A stretch of 64,000 nucleotides of DNA. Source: Torpedo marmorata (lineage: Eukaryota). The DNA lies in the NCBI GenBank assembly GCA_977017645.1, contig OZ360236.1, positions 24,490,001-24,554,000 of the forward strand, in the 5' to 3' direction. The notes under the pieces are model-generated. The model ran no database searches. It saw only the letters and a program-made list of their open reading frames with translations, and was not told where the DNA came from. The position numbers and the translations under genes were made by a program. Shown one piece after another: positions 37,557 to 51,071 of this stretch; positions within the stretch are counted from its first letter, which is position 1; every line of letters begins with the position of its first letter.

Positions 37557-37975
37557 CTTCTTCAGAGAGATTATTTTCTTTGGTTTCTTTCTCCATTTGA
37601 TGACACCATCCTTCCATTCTTTCTTTCTCTGCTTGCAATAGTTTCAAGAACCAGTAGCCATCCCGACGACATGAAGCAGCGTGCACTGGTTCGACAGGAA
37701 GATTGTTAGCAGATTCTAACCATGGTTCTGGCGGTGGTAAAGAGGACGGATCTAGGGCTGGGTCTAAGTTATCACTGTAAGCAAAAGCTTTGTTTTTTGT
37801 CTGGGATCCTTTTGCATGCTGCCGAACAGGAGGTTCAGAGTTTGAGATGTTATGATGCTGGGTTGAATCAGTAAATTGATTGCTTTTGTTCTGGGATCCA
37901 GCAGTAAAATTACTACATTCCTGTGTATCAGAGTCAGTTTCTTGTTTTGACGTCATGCTGCTGGAGCGGCTTAAA
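37557..37975 (-). CDS. DLGAP4: DLGAP4 exon
   Basis: LSRSSSMTSKQETDSDTQ...DPALDPSSLPPPEPWLE...CRRDGYWFLKLLQAEKERMEGWCHQMEKETKENNLSEE; aaacag acceptor, gtacac donor; 419 nt, phase 2 to 1. Confidence 0.92.
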
Positions 37976-38774
37976 CTGTTTTATGGAGACAAAAGTTCAG
38001 AATGACTTAACGACTCCTTTCAGTGAGCAAATAACAAGCTGGAATGCAAGCTGATAGCACAGGAAAATAATTTGTACAGTATTACAATATGAAATACAAC
38101 CCAAAAAGATGTACCTGCTCATCATAAAAACAGAAATGAACAAATGTCGCAATACAAAAGTCTGCGTGAGCATTTTTAAACCCTCAAAGTACCCCCAAAA
38201 AATTACTGCACAAAAGGGAATCAATTGGTCCATTGTGTCCATTCTGACTGAAGAAGAGGTACCAGGCCCAATCCCACTATCCCTGCAGGCCATGGATTTT
38301 CAAGTACACATCCAACGACTTTTAACAGTGACATTTCATCACATAAAGAACCACGGTACACAGGATTCATACAGAACAATAAGATCAATTCAATTATTTG
38401 AATGAAAGGGAGAACATCATTGACACAAAATCTAACAAACAAATCAAAATAATTCCTTCAGGCTTCACAACCAAATTGCTTCTGATTAACACTTGCAAAG
38501 CAGCACTGTAGAACAGCAGATAGTATTCCTGCACAGCTCCAGAGGTCTGGGTTTGATCCTGACCTTGTGGAGTTTCCCCCAGGTGCTCAGGTTTTCACCC
38601 ACATTAAAGAGGTGCTGGTTGGTATGATAAATGGCTACTTTAAACAACCTCAACTCGATGAGGGTGGCAGAAGAATCAGAAGGTGATGAAAGAGAATGGG
38701 TTACAAGGAAATAAGTGGGGGTGGGGTCTTGATGGGAACTCTCTGACATGGCACAAAGTGAATGGTTTTATTTA

Positions 38775-39413
38775 AGATCCCGCGACCACGGAGTCTGCGC
38801 CCAATATGGCAGCGCCTTTTAACCGGCAGCAGCCACGAGGGGCTGCAGATTCCGGGGAAGCGGAGGACTGGAGCAGGGCACCAGAGGACGGGAAGATCAC
38901 CCCCCCATCTGAGAAGGAGAAGCGGAGGAGACGACCCACAGGATGGTGACCACGGCGACGGATCGGTGAGGGGATCTGAGGCTGAAGGACGAGGCGAGGA
39001 ACCCACGGAGGCTGTGGGCTGCTGGAGACTGCTGTCGGGGGACTCACGCTGGGCTGCGGACTGCTGGAGGCTGGCTCGAACTGGCTGGAGGAGTACCAGG
39101 TATCGGAACCGGGATGCGAGGGGGTGCCGAGGGCGACCTGACCGTGTCGGAGGTTCGGATCTGGAGCTCGGGATGCCGATCGTTTGGACTGGACTCTGTG
39201 TGGCTGCGGAAGCGCTGGAGGTGAATCTATGGACACTTGGTGACTCTGGGGGGACTCTCTTTTGCTTCTCTTTCTCTGACTGTAAGGAATGTTAGAGGCA
39301 CTTAGGCAATTTCTGCCGGTAGCGAATCTGTCTGCCTTGCAGCAGGCAAAAAGAAATTTCATGGAATATGACACTGTCTTATTACTATGACAATAAATTG
39401 AATCTTGAATCTT
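38775..39413 (+). mobile_element. GC-rich non-autonomous retroposon with (TTGAAT/TCTTGA)n tail
   Basis: Head 'aatatggcagcgcc', CpG-rich body, 'gacaataaattgaatcttgaatcttga' tail; related tails at 16505-16650 (-) and ~62060-62462 (+). Confidence 0.55.
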
Positions 39414-39869
39414 GATCTCCTTATCTGTTGTGGGAGGGAGGGGATGAGAAAAGCTACCCGAAGAGGCCAAGTTAAATGTACTGTGGTTTTCACAAAAAAA
39501 TCTCTCTTGGAAGGCAAGCAACATTGTCAGAAATTCTACAAGTGTAAACATTTCTGAAAATATGTAATTTTTAATAAATTTATTGTTATGTAATAGGATA
39601 ATGAATAATTATTATCTATAACCTTTAACTTTCAGTCCTAAAACAATTATGTTAGAATAGATATACCTACAAATCAAATTAATACCAGAAATAAAAAGGG
39701 AAAAATGCATTCTCAAAAAAGCTAACAATTTCCAAACTGCAACACAGTGCAAGCAGTGGTTGAAGAATAGTCGCTCACTCAAGTGGAGATGTGGGAAGTG
39801 CTGAAACTGGAGATTTTTGTTTAAAAAGATATTAAACTGATTCATTTTAGCTGAACCAATTTCACTCAC

Positions 39870-39961
39870 TGCCACTCGTTTTCCACTTGTATTCCAATGG
39901 ACTGAAACTTGTTGATCAGTTGAGAATCTTGTTCTTTAATTGAGTTTGGGGAACAGTCAAC
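39870..39961 (-). CDS. DLGAP4: DLGAP4 exon
   Basis: VDCSPNSIKEQDSQLINKFQSIGIQVENEW; ctttag acceptor, gtgagt donor; 92 nt, phase 0 to 2. Confidence 0.9.
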
Positions 39962-40339
39962 CTAAAGAGCAAGAAATTACTCCGTGAATGACGAAAAATG
40001 TCAATTTTTCCAACTCTGTTCTCAATACAAGAACAATGCCTTTTTTACTTAAATAAATTATAACAAACTACGTATGCATTTTGCAAGAGGAACTGAATGT
40101 GGTATTCGCTTCAGAAGTAATACATAACTGTTGCAGGCATCTATACATAATTACTACTGGCAATAAGTAATTCTCCAAATGAATGTAAATCAAGGGTAAA
40201 TCTCTCTTCAATATAAATATAAATAGCAAAGTTGTAATTTTTTACTGTTCAAATAGCAGGATGTGTAATTAGAATTATTAACTGTGAACAATTCTGGCAG
40301 AGAGCAGCATGACACAAAACAAAGCTGAACATGCAATTA

Positions 40340-40855
40340 AACAAGAAAGTCTGCAGACACTGTGATTGTAGTTCAATACACGAAAGTGCTGGAGAAACTC
40401 AGTAGGTCACGTAGTGTTCCTTGCGTAGCAAAGATATGTAACCAACGTTTCAGGCCTGAGTCCTTCATCAAGCTATGAGCAAAAAACAAGTAGGTGCCTG
40501 AATAAAATGGTGGGGGGAGGGGCGGGGTGTGGAACACAGGCAAGAGTTCATAGGTGGATATGGGTGGGTGGGAAGTGATAGCTCTCTGAATACAGAGGGA
40601 TGGGGTTGGGAGCAGGAGGAAAGGAGACGGGTATATGAAAGAGAAGAGATGGGGGAGGGGGGGGCGGTGGGCAGTATTGGCAGGAAGGAAGTGGCTAACC
40701 ATTTCAATTCCATGCCCCACTCCCACACCAACATGTCTGTCCATGGCCTCATGTACTGCCAAACCAAGGGCACCTGCAAATTGGAGGGACAGCACCCAAT
40801 TGGGCCCTCTCCAACCAGATGTCATTAACATAGACTTCTCTGGTTTCCATCAGAC
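40340..40855. mobile_element. Rearranged Penelope-like remnant (terminus on -, GIY-YIG tail on +)
   Basis: Terminus 'gaaagtctgcagacactgtgatt..ctggagaaactcag' plus a + strand piece VANHFNSMPHSHTNMSVHGLMYC..KLEGQH, homologous to the PLE ORF end. Confidence 0.75.
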
Positions 40856-40859
40856 CCTT

Positions 40860-42880
40860 TCCCTTGCCGGATTTAAGTTTATACTTGCTTATTCTAGGCA
40901 GGGATTTCAACTGTTGGTTGGACCCCATCCTGGATTGTTCATCTTCTAAGCCGGCTCCATTAAACAAATCTGCCCTATTAATACATTCTTTTTTTAAAAT
41001 CAGATTACGGCATTTCAGATGTTTGGTGATTCTTTTATCCTACCAACAGAGAATTTTTTTCCCTCCCTGTTCATCACACTTACTCACGTATTGATTATTT
41101 TTTTATTGATAATCATTTAATTTCATTAACTCATTCTTGTGAATACCACAGTATTGTAATATCTGATCATGCCCCTGTTACAATGTCACTGAACCTTCCT
41201 AATTTTCCTCAAGATAAAAGACACTGGCATTTTAATTCAGTGTTATTATCAGATAAGGACTTTTTAAAATTTATGGAAGAACAGAGAGTTTTCTTTTTTG
41301 ATACTTTGAAGGCTTTTCTTAGGGGGCATATACTGTAAATAAGAAAAGGAAGACTAATAAAGAAAGATCTGTTAATTAAACAAATTAAAGAGTTAGATCA
41401 ACAATATGCTCAAACTAAAAACTCAGATGTATACAAAAAAGATTGAATTTAAAACTAAATTTGATCTTCTCTCAACATACCCAGCCGAATGCCAATTTTT
41501 GAAATCTAAAAGTCAATTTTACATTCATGGTGATAAATCTGGTAAGTTTTTGGCCAACCAATTGAGAGGATTTGGTGCTAAACGACACATCATAAAAGTC
41601 CGTAAAGATAATGGTATTATGACTTCAGATCATTTGGAAATAAATGATACATTTAAAAGATTCTACTCCAAATGATATTCTTCCGAATGTACGAACGACG
41701 GTAATTTGATGAAAAATTTCATAGATCGATTGAATATCACCTAGATTTCTTTAGATAGTCAAATCAAACTGGATGAATCTATTTCGCAAGAGGAAATAGC
41801 AGCTGCTATTTCCTCATTACAATCTGGAAAGGCCCCTGGACCCGATGGGTTCCCGGTGGAATTTTTCAAATTATTTTCTCAATGGCTCACACCTTACCTA
41901 AAGGTGGTGTTTGCTGATTTGTTTGAACAGGGTAAACTTCCAGACTCATTTAATAAGGCTTGTATATCTTTAATTGCGAAGAAAGGCAAAGACACAACCA
42001 AATGTTCCTCTTATAGACCGATCTTCCTATTGAATGTCGATGCTAAAATTTTAGCCAATAGGATGGAAAACATTCTACCATTAGCTATTTCTGAAGATCA
42101 AACAGGGTTTATTAAAAACCAATATTCCTATTTTAATATATGTCACTTAATGAATATTATGTATTTGCCTTCTGGGAAAACTCATGAGTGTATTCTTTCA
42201 TTGGATGCTGAAAAAGCTTTTGATCAGATGGAGTGGACATATCTGTTTACAACCCTTGAAAAATTTAATTTTGGTTCTGATTTTATTACATGGGTTAAAC
42301 TATTGTATTAATGACCCTCTGCCACAATTCTTACTAATTTACAAGAATCTCAACCTTTTAATCTGCAACGTGGCACTCGTCAAGTATGCCCGTTAATCCC
42401 TTTATTATTCGATCTAGCGATTGAACCATTGGCAATTGCATTTATTGAGTGCAAGGACATCTTGGGGATATGGCGGAAAGGGATTGAACATAAGGTCTCT
42501 CTTTATGCAGATGATCTCTTACTTTACATTTCAAATCCAACCACCTCCCTCCCTCCCCCATATGATGTCATTGCTTTCACAATTTAGTCAATTCTCAGGT
42601 TATAAATTGAAGTGCATAAAAGCGAACTTCTTCCATTGAATTTTTCTGCAGCAGTGTGTGGTGATTCTCCTTTTAAGGTTGTTAAAAATCAGTTTACCTA
42701 CCTTGGTATTACAATTACAAAGAATCATAAGCATATTTTTAAGGAGAATTATCTTGCTATGCTTAAACAAGTGAAACATTCCCTGACCAAATGGTCACCT
42801 TTGTCTACAACTCTAGTTGGCCATATAAATTCTATTAAAATGAATATTTTGCCTAAATTTTTTATATCTTTTTCAATAAA
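40860..42880 (+). mobile_element. L1-clade LINE ORF2 fragment (APE endonuclease + RT), frameshifted
   Basis: DFNCWLDP, YSRIDYF, SDHAP, KAPGPDGFP, YRPIFLLNVDAKIL, SLDAEKAFD, SLYADDLL, FTYLGI motifs. Confidence 0.88.
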
Positions 42881-43779
42881 AACAAATCATGCTGGAAATA
42901 TTCAATAGATCGGACATTATGTGAAAAAGGAACAGAGTTTGTGTGTCAGGTTGAAGACTCTGTCTGAATTGCTTGTTTCCCTTTCCCAGATGTTGCCCAA
43001 CCAGATGAGTGTGTCCAGCATATTGTGCTTTTACTTCAGATTTCCAGCATCTGATTTCAGAACCTGTTTATTGGAGGCATATTCTTGGATAATTATAAAT
43101 ATACATACAGTTACAAACATAATTATACTTACAACAGACAATAAATTTTGCATGGTGTACAATTGTTGTCAATAAAAGATTCCCTTTTCAACCACGGTGT
43201 CTCCAGACTTTCGTGTTTCACTTCACATCTTAACATTGCTCACAGGTCCTTTCCAATCTTGGCTTTCCAAACCTTACATATGCTTCCTCTTTCCTTTGGA
43301 CTACATTCATAGCCTCTCTCATTCAAGGATCCCTTACCGTGCCATCCTTGTCTTCCTCCTCACTGGAACATTCCATTTGGTCCTAAAACAACCCCCAAAT
43401 ATGAGACATTCACTTGCCCAATAACAGCTATTCCCAATTAACTCCCCCAAGTTCCTGCTTAATAACATCGTAATTTGCTGTCCCCCAATTTAGTACTTTT
43501 AAGCAAGATCCAGACATCCTTATTCAGAACTATCTTAAAACTTAGAGTTGCATTCAGTTCTCAAAATGCTCACCCACTGAAAGGAAAGGCCAGTCACCTG
43601 GCCAGGCTCATTTCCTGAGACAAAGTCCAGTATGGTCCCCCCTCTCATATGCACGGAAGAAATCCTCCCAATCTAATGCATCATGCACTAAGGCAGTCCC
43701 AATAAATATTGGGGAAGTTAGTCACCCACCTTGACAAGCCTGTTGCTTTTATGTCTTTCCATAATCTATCTACAGGTAT

Positions 43780-44259
43780 CAGAATCAGAATTTATCGTCA
43801 TGAACAAGTCATGTAATTTGGTGTTTTGCGGCAGCATCATAGTGCAAACATTCATATTATAACCATCTTACGACATTACAATAAAAAATGTATATAAATA
43901 ATAGTGCACGAATAGTAAGGCAGTGTCTTTGGTTCATTGATTATTCAGGAATCTGATGGCAGCGGGGAAGAAGCTGTCCTTGTGCCGTTGAGTGCTCGTC
44001 TTTAGGCTCCTGTACCTTTTTCCCGATGGTAGCAGAGTGAAGAGGTCATGGCCTGGGTGGTGGGGGTCTTTGAGGATAGAAGCTGCTTTTTTAAGACACC
44101 GCCTCAGGTAGATGTTCTCGATGGAGTGAAGTCTGGTGCCTGTGATATCACAGGCCGAGTTAACAACCCTCTGGAGTTTATTCTTGTCCTGAGAGTTGGC
44201 GCCTCCATACCAGGCAGTGATGCAACCAGCCAGAATGCTCTCCATGGTACACCTGTAGA
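43780..44259 (-). mobile_element. Rex-Babar LINE 3' fragment
   Basis: ORF 43934-44245 ESILAGCITAWYG..KLQRVVNSA..ILKDPHHPGHDLFTLLPSGKRYRS..SFFPAAIRFLN; TSD AGGTAT at 43774-43779 and 44260-44265. Confidence 0.85.
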
Positions 44260-44404
44260 AGGTATGCGCCGCTTATCGTCCGTTCGGGCAACGTCCAACC
44301 GCATATACGTCCGAGGTCCCATAATTATTCAGTTACGCGAGCAAGTCCGCAGCAATTTAGAAAAAGCGATTGCTAGCTATAGGAAATTGTATACTGTATA
44401 CCCA

Positions 44405-45060
44405 AACTGATCCGACTGCCCCGCTCTCTCCCCACAACCCTGTATCAGTCCCAACTAATCCCACTGCCCCGCACTCTCCCCACAGCCCCGTGTCGGTCCC
44501 CACACTGATCCCACTGCCCTGCTCTCTGCCCACAGCCCCGTGACGGTCCCCACACTGATCCCACTGCCCTGCTCTCTCCCCACAGCCCCGTGTAGGTCCC
44601 CACACTGATCCCACTGCCCCGCTCTCTCCCCACAGCCTCATGTCGGTCCCCACATTGATCCCACTGCCCCGCTCTCTCCCCACAGCCTCATGTCGGTCCC
44701 CACATTGATCCCACTGCCCCGCTCTCTCCCCACAGCCCCGTGTCGGTCCCCACACTGATCCCACTGCCCCGCTCTCTCCCCACAGCCTCATGTCGGTCCC
44801 CACATTGATCCCACTGCCCCGCTCTCTCCCCACAGCCCCGTGTCGGTCCCCACACTGATCCCACTGCCCCGCTCTCTCCCCACAGCCCCGTGTCGGTCCC
44901 CACACTGATCCCACTGCCCAGCTCTCTGCCCACAGCCCCGTGTCGGTCCCCACACTGATCCCACTGCCCCGCTCTCTCCCCACAGCCCCGTGTCGGTCCC
45001 CACACTGATCCCACTGCCCCGCTCTCTCCCCACAGCCCCGTGTCGGTCCCCACACTGATC
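44405..45060. repeat. 50-bp minisatellite, ~13 copies
   Basis: Unit ccactgccccgctctctccccacagccccgtgtcggtccccacactgatc repeats at exact 50-bp spacing from 44461 to 45060, with one degenerate unit before it. Confidence 0.95.
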
Positions 45061-46229
45061 TCTACTTACAAATAAAAAGTTTACAGGTACACTACAGTAT
45101 CCCACATAGCTTTGCTAAATATATATGGTGTTCGCACAACGTCCACATCGCATAATGCCCAATTTCACAGAACGTATTGTGGACGTTAAGCGGCGCATAC
45201 CTGTACAGATGGCTATTGGGAGGTCTCTAGTACAAAAACGATATTTAACACCAAAGGCAAATCCACATGGCAAAAAAAATAAGCCAAAAAAAATCAGCCA
45301 TGGAAGCTGTCATTTAAATTCTTGCAAAAATTAACATATCTCCCAGAACAGCCGTGGCAACATTTGAAAGTGTTATAAAAAAAGAAATACCTTTGCAGAG
45401 AAATCAATGTGCATTAAATAAAAATAACATACAAAATGGTGTGAAATTGATCTGCTAAATAAAATGCTAGCAATATCATTTTATCTCAGATTTTCAATCT
45501 TCAAGTGAATGGGTGTTGAAAATGCATGTTGTAGGACAAGCCAAGAGAGAGACAAAGTACTGTAATTCTATAAAGATGAGTTAAACTGGGGTTAAATTAC
45601 AATTTATAATTCTGATTTATAAAGAACCCTTTTTAAAAAAAAAAAATCAAGAGTATTACACCACAGGATTTTAATGTACTTGTCATAGCATCATTTTTAC
45701 ATTGATGTTCACCTAATACTTTATACTGATAAAGCAGCAGCATTATTACACTCCTAAAACAAAGTACCATCTGGTGTACTGAATCTAAACTTGACAGTAT
45801 TCCAAAAAGATGCATGTTCCTGCTCAACAGAAAAGAGTAGTATTTTAATGGCCAGTTTTACAGATGAAAGAGTGAATCCTTGTATACTTGCTTCTCACCA
45901 ATTCATAACTACAATCTAAAATTTACTTGTGCTACAGGTTTTTTCCAATCAATCCACTGAACTCTTCAAACTGTTGCAAATTTTTGAACTGACATCAACA
46001 AGGCTTAGATCTTCAATCCTGGCAGCAATGAGGAATTCATGAGGGAAAAAAAGACAACTGTGACAGAAAGGGAGAAGCACAACTGTAACGAGACAGGAAG
46101 GAAGTACTGTACTTAAAGAAAACCCATAAATCAGTCTGGGAGTTCTTTGGCTTTAGAATGATTCTCTCCACAATAATTCAAAAATAAGTTGATTCTCCCA
46201 GTTAAACAAAAAACATAATAGAAATATTA

Positions 46230-46490
46230 CATAGAACATAACAGCACAGTACAGGCCCTTCATTCAGCCCACAATGTTGTGCTGAACTGTATGTACCTAC
46301 CAAAAAAAAACTAAACCCTCCGTACTCATAACCCTCTATTTTTCTTTCATCCATGTGCCTGTCTAAAAGTCTCTTAAATGCCCCGAATGTTCCAGCCTCC
46401 AGCAATGGATTCCAGGCACCCACAACTTAGTGTAAAATAAACACTTACCCCTGATGTCTCCCCTAAACTTTCCTCCCTTCACTTTGTTCA
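46230..46490 (-). mobile_element. CR1 LINE 3' fragment
   Basis: KVKGGKFRGDIRG..GAWN..EAGTFGAFKRLLDRHMD plus 3' tail. Confidence 0.8.
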
Positions 46491-47140
46491 GATATATATT
46501 AACAATAAAAATTCCAAAGAAACTGCTGTTAATGAAAGAATTACAAAAATGAATAAATGTCAAACACAAATCAAATGACTTGATATTTTACACTTTGTGG
46601 TTTTCCCCAATGTCAATTGCAGAGAAACTAGAGTTACACTAGTTTTGTTTTTGAAGTTTCAATGCTTGTATTTAAACATTTGTGGCAGAGAGGAGACCCA
46701 TTTATCTGATAGAATGTAAATGTCAAGAATCACTTGAACTATAAATTATTTTACTGACCGCTCATTTATTTGAAAATTGGAGAGATGAGATATAGCTAGT
46801 ATTGCCAGTATTTTCTTAGCAGATCAGATAAAAAGAGAGATACATAAGATAAAGTTCCCTGACTTCATCCTATCCAAAACATTCACTTGGTTCTATAGCC
46901 ATCCCTCCCCGATTCTCTCTGCAACTTCAAACTAACTTTTTTCCTTTCAATTAGGATGAAATATCTTTGACTTGAAACATTGCCTAAGTTTCTGTTTCAA
47001 GGGATGCTGCATGACCTGCTGAATGCTTCAAACTTTTTATTACCTGTTTACTTGGTTTAATTACATAGTCGATGGCTTGAGAACAATATTCTGCATTTCT
47101 AGAACTATAATACTGATCTGCAAAATATGTCAGAAATTAC

Positions 47141-47505
47141 CTGTATTCCTATGGAAGAAAGCTTTCTCTTTGGGGGAGTTTCCAACTTTGGATCCTCACT
47201 GATGAGTGATCCCTTCTCAGTTGTCACTGTAGCATTTCGATGTTGGCTCTCTGTCTGTTCACGAACTGGAGCAATGACACTTCCTGTTTTCGTACTGTTC
47301 AGAGCTCTGGCACTATCTAAGCTGTCCGAAGAATTGCTGAGACCAGATTGACTGTTGATGTCACTCTTGTGGTCCTGATTGTCAAGGTATGTGTCTTGTG
47401 CCGATTCTGTACTGCTCTGGACTGTAACTGAAATAAATGGTTTAGATGTGGTTCGCGGTGGAACTGGTGGAGGAGTCTTCTTATAAGTGGTTATACACGA
47501 TGACA
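47141..47505 (-). CDS. DLGAP4: DLGAP4 exon
   Basis: SSCITTYKKTPPPVPPRTTSKPFISVTVQSSTESAQDTYLDNQDHKS..SQSGLSNSSDSLDS..KRKLSSIGIQ; ttctag acceptor, gtaatt donor; 365 nt, phase 1 to 0. Confidence 0.93.
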
Positions 47506-48851
47506 CTAGAATGTGGAAAAGAGTGGAAAGAAAAGAAAAAAATTAACAGCATTTTATAATGTCATGTTACTACACAAGTCATTATTCTTCTGGAAAGTTC
47601 CACGTTTGCTCATTTATTTTGAATTGGAACAACATGCAGAAAAATCGCTGGCAACTTGTAATGAGTTTTGTCATTTCTTGAGAAGAAGTCAAAGACAGAA
47701 AGGGCCATGCCCTTCAACTGGAGATAAATGGATATCCAAGTTTATAGATGTTATCTCTTTTGGAGGCACATGAAGTAGGAAGGAGAATCATGAAGGAACA
47801 ACTTTGCAAAAATATGACAGCTAAATTTCATTGTGGGAACAAAAAACAATACCAGAAGAATTCAGTGGGTTAAACAGGATCTGTGGAGGCAAAAGGTGCA
47901 ATCAAGGATTCGGGTTGAGACCCTGCATTAGGACCATATCAGAGAGATTTCATAGTGGGTGAAACAGGTGTTTTAGGGGAAAGCGCTAACTGGTCCATTC
48001 TTTGGAGGATGTAAAGCTCATGTTAAAATCAGGAGAGATTAATGGATGTGCAAGAACAAAAGGATTTGAATGTCAAGCTACATTAACCACAAATGGCTGG
48101 TGTTCAGGTAGAAAATCAATTTAAATGAGTACCGTAATAGAATTTGCCCTGGAAAAATGGACTTAGGTCAAGGTATAACACGGATTCATCTGAATAAAAC
48201 CAGGACCAAATGGGCTTAAATTCAAAATACGTGACTTAAACTTGAATTCTATTGCCTCGAGTTTATCAGTTTGATGGATGATCTCATCAAAGCACTCTAA
48301 AGAGTAAAACAATTTTGACAGTACATATGCAGATGAACTACTTTCATTGCTGGCAGAACAAGGACAAGAATAATTCTAAAATTTGAGGAATAGCATTTAA
48401 ACTCATCAGGCCCCACCAAACAAAGCAAACTAAGAATCTGGAGTCCTCACCTCCAAATAATTGTGGATGTTGGGTGAATTTATATATATGTTTTACATAT
48501 TCACAGCACTGTATTTTTGTTAAGCTCATGGATAAACTGTGTCCAAACAAAATTCAGTAACAGATTAGGCATGATCTGAATGAACAGACTAGTTCCAGGG
48601 TCTAACCAGTTTCCTGCACGGCAAAGCTAAAATCTGCAAACTAAAATTTGTGTCTCCAGAATAAACTAAATTGTTGTGGTGTTAATTGAAAACAATATTT
48701 CTAACCATCAATCCTCAGATATATTAAGCTTGCAAGTGGTATTAACCCACCTGAACCTTGAACATAAACAAGTGAATGAAATTTGCAACAGAATTCACTT
48801 TGCTCCGTCGTTATACCCAAAACATGTTTTATCATACTGGTTTCTTTTTTT

Positions 48852-49101
48852 TTTAAATTTAGACATACAGCACAGTAACAGGCCATTTTGGCCCACAAGT
48901 CCGTGTCACCCAATTTACACCCGATTAACCTACACCCCCAGCATGTTTCGAACAGTGGGAAGAAACCGGAGCCCCCAGGGAAAACCCACGCAGACACAGG
49001 GAGAACGTATAAACTCCTTACAGAGAGAGCGGGATTCGAACCCAAGTCCCAATCGCTGGTGCTGTAAAGGTGTTGCACTAATCACTACGCCAACCATGCC
49101 G
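48852..49101 (-). mobile_element. V-SINE (HE1-like), full length
   Basis: Near-identical to 4140-4394. Confidence 0.9.
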
Positions 49102-51071
49102 TTTCATTTTATTAAAATAAATCATTGGCAATATTACTTGCACACAGGCCAATTCCTGTTCCATTGCTAGGATTATTTGTTAATCTTCTGCCAACTGTCT
49201 AAGATAATGCATCTTTCATTAAGAGGACTAAAACTTTTCACTGAACTCCAAATGTCACCTCATTAGTCCTGTACATTTGTACCAAGTCCTCCCTGCTTTG
49301 AAAACCAGCTTTCCACAAAGCATTAATAATGATAGCTTCTCTTGGTTTATCCCAATTTCTTCAGTGCAAAAAATATAATTAGTGACTGGGCCTCAATTCA
49401 ATAGTAAAAGCAGCATAATTTTTCACACAAAAATAAAGCAGAAAACTGAAATTCTTTTCCATTAAATAGTGGTGAACATGGTGTCAATTGAAATTTCTAA
49501 GACCGTGATCAACAATTTAATCAAAGAATAAAGATCTATCCAGGATGGACAACCAAAAATCAAGGCACAAATTGACCGCCATCTGCCTTCATCGATGGAT
49601 GGACTCTTACGATTGAAAGCCTGGTTCTTAATTAAATGGCCATAATCCAGAAAAGCACAGCAAAGAAGCAATTACTGAATGAAAGTAGAAAGATCACTAC
49701 AGTACAGATGACAATTCCTAACCAACTATATCATGGCTAACATGTGTTTCACACGTCACTTTGTTAATGAAGTTGAACAGCAGTTATGATGCATGTTGCA
49801 AAAGTAGGCAAGTTATCCCCAAAATTATGTAGCTCTATGGCTTTAAATAGGATGGTGACAAAAATAGCAACAATTGTTTCATTTTGAATTTCTGACAGAC
49901 AATACAACCAGAAACAATTACACCAGCTTGAAAACAGTAATTTCAAACAAAAAATAAAGTTATCAGAATAAAATACCAATTATCCCAATGTGAAAACCAC
50001 CAGTTTTAGAAAACATTCCATAGATTTCAGTGTAGCAGATACAGGAAATAACATTTTTATTGCCATTGAAACACATGGAAATGGATTTAAATTACAGGTG
50101 TGTAAAGTTGTGTTTACATACATTTAAAAAACAAAGAAATGAAGTATTTGGACACAGAAACAAACCACAAATAGTCTTTCCCTAGCCAGACACCAGAATT
50201 TCTCTCAATGGATGGGAAACATTAAAATATGGATCTTTATGTTTCTGCTTAAAATGCTTTCAAAATTTTGCTTGGTTCTCAAAAAAGTCAAATGTTCACT
50301 TGTTTATTTTTAAATTAAACAGTGAAATGAAACTCGTGCTCAGTGAATGATGCTACAAAATAAAGTGTCAAAAAAAAAACTCCAAATACTATCAAATAAT
50401 TTCTGATCAACTCATAGCAGGAAAATCTGCCCATTACTCAAGTTGCATTTATTAATTTTATTGAACCAATTTTCTCCAGGCACAAAGCAGAACCATTTCA
50501 TCAGCAGAGCACAGCAGCGCAATGGACAGTACAAACTACATGCACAAGCACACAATAGTCCAGGAAACATAATTTGCATAATGTGCCTGAATCATGATGT
50601 AAATCCGTTTCTAAGAGACATCATGGGCCAATCCTACAGGTCTTCCAGCAGTGCAGCAAAAAGACATTGACACTGCCAGCATTCTAATTGGAAGCCAATT
50701 GTTAGACCACAACTGTGATGTTTTGACCATGTCACACTGAAAATATTTTTGGCACAGTTTGCACTGGAATAAAGCCTCCAGTGTAAACTGGACACCATTT
50801 AAGAAAATAGAACATTAGCAAGAATAGAATGAAAGATACGCAACAATGAGAGCATACAAGTAAAGAAATCAAAGAGACAAGTAAGATAAAAGCAGATAAT
50901 AAAGGACGAGGACTTGAAACTTTTGTTCCTAAAGCAACAGATCCTTCACATTCAAAAGCCCAATTATTAGACGAAGCACCTGCTGCATTCTTGCAGCCAA
51001 GAATAAACTGGTAAAGAAGCTCTTCTAGAATTTTACACTGTACATCAGACACACAGTACTGTATATCTTAC

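Larger units (their letters stand above)
43773..45203. mobile_element. Tigger-type MITE with a LINE inserted in its left TIR and an internal minisatellite
   Basis: TA|CAGGTAT[insertion]GCGCCGCTTATCGTCC ... GGACGTTAAGCGGCGCATACCTG|TA. Confidence 0.75.

Noticed and set aside
38762-39551. Overlapping 177-aa and 259-aa ORFs
   Set aside because: Arise from a GC-rich retroposon body poor in stop codons; no protein motifs
44357-45105. Repetitive ORFs / CRISPR-like array
   Set aside because: Pure 50-bp tandem minisatellite with no unique spacers and no cas genes; eukaryotic context
28466-47505. DLGAP1 assignment
   Set aside because: The VSSCITTYKK start resembles DLGAP1, but most diagnostic segments (DTYLD..DHKS, DTDSDTQ-like, DKQRQEARK, ADSIEIYV) fit DLGAP4 better; a tree would settle it
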